Of a stretch of 64,000 bases of DNA, positions 46,710 through 54,251 are shown piece by piece (positions within the stretch are counted from its first letter, which is position 1; each line of letters starts with the position of its first letter). The translations under genes were made by a program, and so were the position numbers. The DNA is taken from IMG/VR virus record IMGVR_UViG_3300028048_001801, positions 96,180 through 160,179 of that record; one strand, written 5' to 3'. Under the pieces are notes generated by a model, which was not told the DNA's origin, did not search any database, and saw nothing but the letters and a program-made list of their open reading frames with translations. Origin of the DNA: a virus. Taxonomy: Duplodnaviria > Caudoviricetes.

Positions 46710-47123
46710 TTATTCTTTGGGTTCCTTCTTATTATCACAACACTCAGGCCAAATCCAATGCTCTAGGTCATCTATATATAATCTATACCTAGTATAACAA
46801 ACACAATTTTTGTCAAGACTGGGGGCGAATACCTTGGAACTTGTGATGGTGTAATACTCGTGTTTATATCCTAAGAAATTCGAAGGATTATCAGCCCCGT
46901 CGCCAAAAAGTTTAATAGCAACCTCGAAAGTTTTATCTTCCGCTGTTTCAAACTCCTCATAATAAAGCGGTAGATCGAACTCAATAACATCACGGATTGC
47001 GCCTTCTGCGTTAACGGTGTAGTGATTGTAGTTCGCAACGTCTTTATATTCTTTACCTTTAAATGTTAAAATCGGCGCCATTGCATAGAATTTCACATTT
47101 TCTTTTTTTGCTTCTTCTTTCAT
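46710..47123 (-). CDS. Hypothetical protein
   Basis: ATG 47123 with AGGAG SD. Confidence 0.7.
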   Translation of the reverse strand: MKEEAKKENVKFYAMAPILTFKGKEYKDVANYNHYTVNAEGAIRDVIEFDLPLYYEEFETAEDKTFEVAIKLFGDGADNPSNFLGYKHEYYTITSSKVFAPSLDKNCVCYTRYRLYIDDLEHWIWPECCDNKKEPKE

Positions 47124-47156
47124 ATTTACTCCTTTTTGGTTAATAAAAACCATATT

Positions 47157-47432
47157 TTATTTATTTGGCACCTCTTCGTCCCACATATGGTCAACAATGT
47201 GTTCAAATGTATCCATAATTACAAAGTAATCTCTTAATACGTCGCGATACTCGATATCCTCATCTGCATTGTCTCCTGCACAGATGCTTGAGTAAAGTGC
47301 ATTTATATCAAAATTCTTATCTTTTGCGTAATCAAATTTCTCAAGAATCCCGATGAGTTTGTAAATATTACGCATATCTAGAAATAAATTGTCCATTTCT
47401 TCTTTTTGTTTAAAAACTTGTTTGTATGTCAT
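47157..47432 (-). CDS. Hypothetical protein
   Basis: 91 aa. Confidence 0.7.
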   Translation of the reverse strand: MTYKQVFKQKEEMDNLFLDMRNIYKLIGILEKFDYAKDKNFDINALYSSICAGDNADEDIEYRDVLRDYFVIMDTFEHIVDHMWDEEVPNK

Positions 47433-47444
47433 AATTTATTCTCC

Positions 47445-47702
47445 TTATTTCTGCAACCCATACATAATGATCGGTGCACCATCTTGATATACAAGAGACC
47501 CCAAGGTATTAAAATCTATCCAATCTCTCGCTTCATCTTCGGTCCAACCCTCTTCTTCCATCGCCGCTTCAACCATCAAGTCATAATCATATATAACACG
47601 GTCATCATGGCTCACGCCAATTATAGCCTTGTCGAAAGAAGGATTTTCGAAGATAACTAAATCTTCATATCCGTTGTCGCACAAAATTTCTCTGTTTGTC
47701 AT
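47445..47702 (-). CDS. Conserved phage hypothetical protein
   Basis: FDKAIIG..VIYDY..EARDWIDFNT..API pattern. Confidence 0.75.
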   Translation of the reverse strand: MTNREILCDNGYEDLVIFENPSFDKAIIGVSHDDRVIYDYDLMVEAAMEEEGWTEDEARDWIDFNTLGSLVYQDGAPIIMYGLQK

Positions 47703-47706
47703 GTGT

Positions 47707-47958
47707 CTACTCCTTTGGAATACCGCTTCTTATCTCGTTGATAAAAGATTTCATAGGCGTGTCTTCATTATCGAAATAATGTTCGCGATCGAAATAACGA
47801 TAGTATACGTATTCTACAATAGTCTTAGAGAATGCGCCTACTATAAAATTATTTTCTATAAAACTTATCACGATAAAACTATCACAGTTTTCAAAATCGC
47901 AATCGGGGAAAAACATTTCGTCTCTCCCTTTTACTTTAATACATACGCCATTCATCAT
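47707..47958 (-). CDS. Hypothetical protein
   Basis: 83 aa. Confidence 0.6.
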   Translation of the reverse strand: MMNGVCIKVKGRDEMFFPDCDFENCDSFIVISFIENNFIVGAFSKTIVEYVYYRYFDREHYFDNEDTPMKSFINEIRSGIPKE

Positions 47959-47973
47959 AATAAAGTCTCCGTT

Positions 47974-48159
47974 TTATTCTGCTTTTAATTTCGATATGAT
48001 GGTCTCAAATTCGTCGTTTGTTTCGATTTCCTTCCCCGTTGTCATTGTGATATATGTGCACTTTCCGCCAAAGGTCATTATTTCTTCTATCGAAACTATT
48101 TCATTTTTATTTACAAAAATCGAATGCCCATCACTTTTACGTATCATCAAAAAATTCAT
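47974..48159 (-). CDS. Hypothetical protein (FlbD-like small beta domain)
   Basis: IFVNKNEIVSIEE..TYITMTTG pattern. Confidence 0.6.
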   Translation of the reverse strand: MNFLMIRKSDGHSIFVNKNEIVSIEEIMTFGGKCTYITMTTGKEIETNDEFETIISKLKAE

Positions 48160-48188
48160 ATTCTCCTCCTTATAAAATCGAAGTTTTA

Positions 48189-48416
48189 TTAACGCCTATC
48201 TTCTTGGATTATTTCGTTTAATGCCTCAATCTCGTATTCACATTCAAGAAAACGTTGACCGCTTTTTTCATGATTATATTTTAGTTGATATAGCGCATTT
48301 CTAATCTTTAAAAGATCGGGTAAAAGTTTATCGTCGACTCTATTATGTAATTCTTCAAGTCGGTCTAAAAAAGCTTGTTTATTCATACACCCTTCGTTAT
48401 CATAATATCTTCTCAT
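48189..48416 (-). CDS. Hypothetical protein
   Basis: 75 aa; bracketed by palindromes 48172 and 48432. Confidence 0.7.
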   Translation of the reverse strand: MRRYYDNEGCMNKQAFLDRLEELHNRVDDKLLPDLLKIRNALYQLKYNHEKSGQRFLECEYEIEALNEIIQEDRR

Positions 48417-48445
48417 ATATTATATCCTCTCATAAAATGGAAGTT

Positions 48446-48937
48446 TTATTCTTCTCCCGCATAAATCTTTGCGAGCTTTATAAACTTCTTCTGAAGCCTT
48501 TTAGCAAAGTTTTCTTGTGTATCGGTACATCCACAGTAGTATCTAATCGGGAAAGTATTTGAGCTGTCGAACTCTATGTCTGCTCTTTCGTTAAAATCAG
48601 GCCCGTATTTACTTCTATTTTGAGAGACAAGTTCAATAGAATACCCCGTAGGATTCCAATATGTGCCTTTGGGGAACCCGCCGACACAAGCGTCCATAAA
48701 ATCCATAAGACTCTCATTGTCCCGAAGATAGGCATGCACACCGCCCTTCGCCTTGATGACATCTTTGCTATAGGCGATAAATTCCTCTATCGTGTATTTG
48801 CCTTGCTTCATTTGGACACAATAATTGTTTTTCGGGCAATGCATATAATCACACTTCTCACAATCGCATTTGGTAAAATTGATTGTCCTTCCGATGTCAA
48901 ATTTCTGATTTTTAACAGGTTCCCATTTCGTTTTCAT
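48446..48937 (-). CDS. Hypothetical protein
   Basis: 163 aa, Cys cluster. Confidence 0.75.
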   Translation of the reverse strand: MKTKWEPVKNQKFDIGRTINFTKCDCEKCDYMHCPKNNYCVQMKQGKYTIEEFIAYSKDVIKAKGGVHAYLRDNESLMDFMDACVGGFPKGTYWNPTGYSIELVSQNRSKYGPDFNERADIEFDSSNTFPIRYYCGCTDTQENFAKRLQKKFIKLAKIYAGEE

Positions 48938-48950
48938 ATTATACCCTCTT

Positions 48951-49163
48951 TCAATATAAGTCTTTATAAAAAATAAGATTCATAACAGAACCTACTACAC
49001 ACCCCACACCCGCGGCAACCACGCATGCAACAGGCAAAGTAAATAAATCAAACACATATTGCATAATCGCCCCGAAGGCTATCCCGAGTACTCCCAAAAT
49101 AAACACAATTATTAAAAACAACTTCATTTTCGTCTCATACCTCTTCTTTTCTCTCCGCTTCAC
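48951..49163 (-). CDS. Small membrane protein
   Basis: Hydrophobic; true start is probably a few codons downstream. Confidence 0.6.
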   Translation of the reverse strand: MKRREKKRYETKMKLFLIIVFILGVLGIAFGAIMQYVFDLFTLPVACVVAAGVGCVVGSVMNLIFYKDLY

Positions 49164-49476
49164 GACAAGTATCCGTATAATCTACAGGATACCAATAACC
49201 TATATCGTCCTGGGTAAGTAATTTTCCGAACTTTTGAGCTTTTAATCCGCAACTAAATCTCCAATCATTAGATTTTTTGAGCGCCCACTTACACTCCCCG
49301 CAAGGAATAACGTTCTTAAAATTATCTACCTCTTCTGTCAGCTCCTTTAGACACTTTTTACAAAGAGGGATTTTAATGCTCCCAACTTTGCAATCAATAC
49401 TTAATTCTGCATAAGTGGGAGCCCCACAAACGCAGCGTTCTTCTGAATCATAGTCTTTTAATTTGAGTGTTATCAT
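49135..49476 (-). CDS. Cys-rich hypothetical protein
   Basis: 113 aa, several CxxC. Confidence 0.7.
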   Translation of the reverse strand: MITLKLKDYDSEERCVCGAPTYAELSIDCKVGSIKIPLCKKCLKELTEEVDNFKNVIPCGECKWALKKSNDWRFSCGLKAQKFGKLLTQDDIGYWYPVDYTDTCREAERKEEV

Positions 49477-49508
49477 TATGTCTCCTATGATGAAATCACA
49501 CTTTTATT

Positions 49509-49583
49509 TGGTGGGAAAGCAGGAAGTTGAATCCTGTCTTAGAGAGCCACAATCTCTCGTGCTACCGTTACACTACATTCCCC
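49509..49583 (-). tRNA. tRNA-His(GUG)
   Basis: AGAGA-TT-GTG-GC-TCTCT arm, encoded G-1, A73, CCA. Confidence 0.85.
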
Positions 49584-49586
49584 ATA

Positions 49587-49660
49587 TGGCAGGCGGTAGT
49601 TGTTCTGCCCAACCGTACTCGGAGTCAAAGTCCGATGCACTACTATTGTGCTAACCGCCT
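49587..49660 (-). tRNA. tRNA-Gln(UUG), atypical T-loop
   Basis: TCGGA-CT-TTG-AC-TCCGA arm, AGGCGGT/ACCGCCT stem, GCCA end; T-loop GGCAGAA. Confidence 0.8.
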
Positions 49661-49663
49661 ATT

Positions 49664-49938
49664 TCCAACTGCCGTGAATTTCTCAGCAGTTGATTGAACG
49701 CAGACTGGATGATCTTACCCTCTGGATTATTTCGCCCTACTCGATAAGTCTTTATAACCCAGCTGCGCATATACTTTAACTCTTCCCCTCGTCACCACAT
49801 GCAACTTTACGACGAGTCATTTTCCAACTTCCTTTCTCACGGTGTATCGCTTTTCGGAGTCGCTCATTCCTTAATTGCACCGAATAGGTTGGCTGTGGCA
49901 CCTCTCTATCTTCTCAGACCTGTTATGAGGTGAGTTAA
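49664..49938 (-). ncRNA. Putative structured ncRNA (about 275 nt)
   Basis: Multibranch set of inverted repeats, no ORF, upstream of tRNA-Gln. Confidence 0.5.
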
Positions 49939-49964
49939 AAACTTAATAAAATCCGTTATCTCTT

Positions 49965-50315
49965 TTAAATATCTTCTCTCGGATTTAACCAATGACCCGC
50001 CTTTATGTACCACATTATATGAAGCAATGGCTCGTCATACTTATCATAAGTAACTTTACCGTGCCAAATTCTAAAAATGGGTTTCAAATAATATGTTCTA
50101 TCCGAATTGTTAAACCCTATTTCGCAAATTCTTGAGAATGAGTATTCATCTTTGGCCGCTTCTGCTTTAAGTACATCATACGCTTCTTCAAATTCGTCTG
50201 CTTTAAAAAGATAATAATCTTCCAATGCTCCGAATTTGCCTGATATTAAAACGACATAGGAGAAATTTGGTTGATCGGTTCTTTCTTTTAATTTAGTATA
50301 TTGAATAAAGTCCAC
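49965..50315 (-). CDS. Hypothetical protein
   Basis: 116 aa, GAGG SD. Confidence 0.7.
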   Translation of the reverse strand: MDFIQYTKLKERTDQPNFSYVVLISGKFGALEDYYLFKADEFEEAYDVLKAEAAKDEYSFSRICEIGFNNSDRTYYLKPIFRIWHGKVTYDKYDEPLLHIMWYIKAGHWLNPREDI

Positions 50316-50353
50316 AACACACCTCTCTCATGCTTACAAATAAAATTCGTATT

Positions 50354-50545
50354 TTATTTTGATGAAAAATATACCCCTACTAGACTAGACTCGGTAATCG
50401 GGAATCCATCATCATCCAACACCCTCTCATCCACAACCTGTGAAAACAAGGCTATAAACGAACCGTTATCTGCTTCGATGATCTTCTGTTTTTCTTTGCC
50501 GTTGCCGTTTTTATAAGTCAATACAAGTTTGCTCATGTCTATCAC
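50354..50545 (-). CDS. Hypothetical protein
   Basis: 63 aa; stop in palindrome 50340. Confidence 0.6.
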   Translation of the reverse strand: MIDMSKLVLTYKNGNGKEKQKIIEADNGSFIALFSQVVDERVLDDDGFPITESSLVGVYFSSK

Positions 50546-50564
50546 CTCGCCGATCTACATTTTT

Positions 50565-50593
50565 ATTATAGCAAAACGCTCGACAGACGTCAA
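50565..50593 (-). promoter_or_regulatory. sigma70/sigmaA promoter
   Basis: TTGACG-17-TATAAT with TG. Confidence 0.75.
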
Positions 50594-50635
50594 GCGTTTT
50601 AACCATATTTTTTAAAAAAATTTTAAGACGTTAAA

Positions 50636-52276
50636 TTAAATGTCGTCAAGATCAATTAGTTCATCGACTCTATAATCGTTCATTATCATACGATAATTGA
50701 ATTTACGACCAAACCAACCCTGGTCTAATGTTCCATATGCTGCAAGAGAAGCGTCGTCAGGAATAAACTCCCAATCATTAGAATTCCATTTGATAAACAG
50801 CATATAAGGCGTGGTTATCTTAGTATGTCTTCCATTACTCATCGAACCAACCTCATATTCTGTTACGTCTTCTATCATTACCGTAATTGGCGCAAAACCC
50901 TGCCCTGATATTTTGTTTAATTGTTTAAGCCAATCTATTAACTCTTTATTGATTTGTCTTTGCGATAACTGTATATCAACCGTCACATGCTGTTCAAACT
51001 CCACATCCGCGAGTTGTTCGGCAATTCTTTTTTCAAATTTTTCCTTGTTTCTTTTAGGCATCGTAAAGCCAGCGGCGTTACTATGTCCCATAGCCTTGGC
51101 GTATCTTGTTTTATTAATTATCTTAGAAAAATCTTCTATGCCAGCGGCCCTAATTGACCCGCTATAAACTTCTTCGCCAGAGGGATCTATACTTTCTTTC
51201 GTCATTATAATGGGTTTTTGGAATTGGCCCAAAGCTTTATTTGCCAGCAACCCACTGATACCATCCGACTCATCAAGAACAAAGAACATTACTTTATTAT
51301 TCTTTTGCTGTTCTGCTTGTTTTTCAATTTGAGAATAGGCCTCATCAACTTTTTGATTTTGCTTTTCTCGACACGTTTTCAATATCTCTATCAAGGTGTT
51401 TATTTCGGCTTCATCGTCTGATAAAAATAACTTTAAAGCATCCCAGTTTTGATTCATACGGTTTGCGGCATTAACCAACGGGGCAATTCCAAAAGAAACA
51501 GAGGTTGAATTCATCTCATAACCACCATTAATCTTTTTAATTGCTATATTGTTTAAGTTATCGAATCCCGTTTTGCAAATATATCTGTTTTCAAGCGAAT
51601 CAGTCCCAACAGACATCATATCTGCACAAATACCACAGGCTGCCAAATCATAATATTGTTCCGCATAATGTGTTCCAATAAGGGAGTCTATATATAAACA
51701 AAACTTTAACGCTACTCCCGCTCCACACAAATGTGGATTTGGATATTCGTTCATAGAACTGACCAAATGTATTTCTTTTTGCATGGCTAATACATTTGGA
51801 ACCAAATCATGATGATCAAGAACAATTATTTCCGATCCAATATTCAGCAATTCATCGTATAATACCGTATCGGTTTGTATTGAGTCAACAATAATAACGA
51901 TGTCATATTTCTTCTCAAAGCACGGCGCTGTCGACATCAAACCATGCGCCTTACCATCATTTATATATGGCGTAAGCAAGTCTTTATTAACAAAATGAGA
52001 CAAATAACGCATTATTATTGTCCCCGAAGTAATACCGTCTACTCAAACATCCGTGTCGTAATATACAAAAAAGCTTTGCTGATTTTGTATACCTTCTACG
52101 ACACGGAAAGCGCCCTCCTTTATGTTTTTAAAGTCCTCAAACGGCACCATATCTTCTTCAACAGGACACAAAAATCTATTTAAGTTCATTATGTCACGCG
52201 ATTTTAAAATTTCATTTTCTATCTTATTTAACGACCATTTTCGGCCATCGAGTTTTGCTTTCCAAATCTTCTGCAT
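50636..52276 (-). CDS. recJ: RecJ-like ssDNA exonuclease (DHH family) with in-frame TGA at 52043-52045
   Basis: ORFs 52043..52276 and 50636..52012 are in one frame: YYDTDV*VDGITSG; also LDHH, LCGAGV, ADMM, APLVNA, GSIR, GHSNAAG. Confidence 0.85.
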
Positions 52277-52277
52277 G

Positions 52278-53180
52278 TCAAATTTCTCCTTGCAATTGCT
52301 GTTTAATCAATATATATTTGTTGTATTTTCTATCTAAATAAACCGTTGCGTCTTCATACAAGAAATTTAATATTCTCATTGCTTGCTGGATTCCGCAAAA
52401 GGCCAACGATCTATAACAGCCATCTCTGTCTGGGTGTCTTTGTTTTATTTTATGTTTATTATATGTTATTATATTGTTTTCATATAAATATTTTTCTATG
52501 CTTTTTAAAATTTGTGGACAAGCACCAAAAACAACATTTAATTTAGTAACGCTTTTTGAGTATTTTTCATCAAAGCATTCATAAATAGTAAAACTTCCAT
52601 CTGCATCTAATAAACCACGCATAAAATCTTTAAAAAATTTTTGAGGAACACATCTTAGTAAATTTGTTGCATTCTCTCTATGCGGGACAAGCCCGTATTG
52701 ATTTCGCAGAACATCTATTAAATAACTATCAACAATAACAATTCTACTCTCTACACATTTATCGTTAAAACTCGTATTACTTTTAAAAAAATTAATAGCA
52801 TAATTCCCAGCAATTGCTTGATTAAATTTTTCCAAGTGTCTGTAATCTTCGAGTTTAAGCGATAATTTTAAATTTTTTTCTGTAATTTTATTATTTCTAA
52901 TTCGGACACACGTAGAGCCATCGGCCCATATAAAACCTATCCAATAAGCCTTTTCCTCGCTATCAATTTCATCAAAATAATGATTATTGAAACGTGTGTT
53001 TATTTTTTCGCCCTTAGGTCTCAATAATGCTTCATTTTTTAAGCCGGCAAGAATACGATCATTCATGGTTTTTTCAGAAATTCCTATAGATTTAGCCCAC
53101 TCAACAGCTTTTTTCTCTATTCCATCAACAGAAATATACCAGGCGTTCGACTTGTTTTTGCGGTAAACTCTCGTTTCCAA
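52278..53180 (-). CDS. Free-standing LAGLIDADG homing endonuclease
   Basis: YWIGFIWADG and FMRGLLDADG motifs, LYEDATVYLDRK; N-terminal WAKSIGI DNA-binding repeat. Confidence 0.88.
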   Translation of the reverse strand: METRVYRKNKSNAWYISVDGIEKKAVEWAKSIGISEKTMNDRILAGLKNEALLRPKGEKINTRFNNHYFDEIDSEEKAYWIGFIWADGSTCVRIRNNKITEKNLKLSLKLEDYRHLEKFNQAIAGNYAINFFKSNTSFNDKCVESRIVIVDSYLIDVLRNQYGLVPHRENATNLLRCVPQKFFKDFMRGLLDADGSFTIYECFDEKYSKSVTKLNVVFGACPQILKSIEKYLYENNIITYNKHKIKQRHPDRDGCYRSLAFCGIQQAMRILNFLYEDATVYLDRKYNKYILIKQQLQGEI

Positions 53181-53184
53181 TAAT

Positions 53185-54216
53185 TTATGCCTCCTTAAAG
53201 CATCTTAACAATTGATTGTTTATTATATTTTCATACTCATCTCTACCCATATCGGTGGGAGAGTTCTTTGTCCCTTTCAAAGCAGGGTTTTTAGTGTAAT
53301 CCCAGTAAAAAATTTCGACCTCTTGGAACCCCATGTTTTTCTTCAATAAATTAATATTTCTCTCTGTTTGCGCCAAATCAAGCCCTTCGTCTAAAGCGAA
53401 AATTATTTTTTGAGGATTTAATTGCAATATTAACCGTGCTTGTTTCGGTGAGAGAGAGTTACTCCCCAGTGCGACCACGTTCTTAACGCCGAAAGAATGC
53501 GCTTGCATAACCATTTTTTCAGATTCGCCAATTACCACAGTTTGCCCAAATAAATATTGATAATTTTGATAATAACCATATAAGTATTTTGAAGCAGAAC
53601 ATTCATGAAGATATAAATATTTTGGTATATATTCGTCTATATCCGCAGAATCAAGATTGATACGTCCCTTCACCCCAATTAGTCTTCCAAGTTCATCATA
53701 TAATGGTATGACAATACGTTGAGAATGTACGTCGAACATAATATGAAAATATCTCTGTGTTTCCAAAGATATTCCATCTCTCAAAAACCTGCGATTCGGG
53801 ACAAAGTCATACTCGTCCAATATTGTTTCTGGATACTCTGGCAATAATTCGTCTCTTGATGTTTTAGAGGCAATGCGATTATAAATCCCCTCAAATAATT
53901 CTACCCTCTTTTTGGGTGTCCAGTCGTTTTCGAGTTTTAGTAACTCTTTTACTTTATGTAAGACTTCTCCAAGAGTTTTCCCTTTTTCTTGCACAATATA
54001 TGCAAAAATATCCGTTGAAACGCCTCGGGCGAAATCGTGAACAAGTAAGGACGGGTTGTCTTCGAGTTTTATACTAATATTTTGACCGCCATCGGCATCT
54101 CGCCTAAAACGGAGTTCTCTTTGTTTTAACTGAAAATTTTCAAAACCATAAAAATCTAAAAGGTCAACCATGCGATCAACTTGCTCTAATAGCATCGTTT
54201 TAAGTTCTTTAAACAT
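53185..54216 (-). CDS. dnaG: DNA primase (TOPRIM)
   Basis: RIVIP..G.LIGVKGR, KYLY, LYG, GESEK, ALDEG; immediately follows the helicase. Confidence 0.8.
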   Translation of the reverse strand: MFKELKTMLLEQVDRMVDLLDFYGFENFQLKQRELRFRRDADGGQNISIKLEDNPSLLVHDFARGVSTDIFAYIVQEKGKTLGEVLHKVKELLKLENDWTPKKRVELFEGIYNRIASKTSRDELLPEYPETILDEYDFVPNRRFLRDGISLETQRYFHIMFDVHSQRIVIPLYDELGRLIGVKGRINLDSADIDEYIPKYLYLHECSASKYLYGYYQNYQYLFGQTVVIGESEKMVMQAHSFGVKNVVALGSNSLSPKQARLILQLNPQKIIFALDEGLDLAQTERNINLLKKNMGFQEVEIFYWDYTKNPALKGTKNSPTDMGRDEYENIINNQLLRCFKEA

Positions 54217-54251
54217 AATTGCCTCCTTTTATGATTTTTGTATTATATCGT

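Larger units (their letters stand above)
26823..50357. repeat. Dispersed palindrome ATAAAA-N6-TTTTAT at accessory-gene junctions
   Basis: Exact copies start at 26823, 29928, 30296, 32211, 34556, 34981, 35369, 35602, 36620, 37253, 38368, 39715, 40934, 42782, 45179, 47143, 48172, 48432 and 50340, plus 2029, 22843, 60874 and 63366 outside this span. One-mismatch copies start at 30276, 38145, 38882, 40248, 43452, 43926, 44421, 47960 and 49490. Confidence 0.85.

Noticed and set aside
26823-50357. Junction palindromes as a CRISPR array or intrinsic terminators
   Set aside because: Spacing is gene-sized and irregular. The A/U-only 6-bp stems are too weak for intrinsic terminators and occur inside operons.
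50636-52276. Genome-wide stop-codon reassignment (TGA or TAG) as the explanation for the recJ stop
   Set aside because: All other long genes are intact in code 11, several genes end in TGA or TAG, no suppressor tRNA was seen, and readthrough would not restore the DxDxDG motif.
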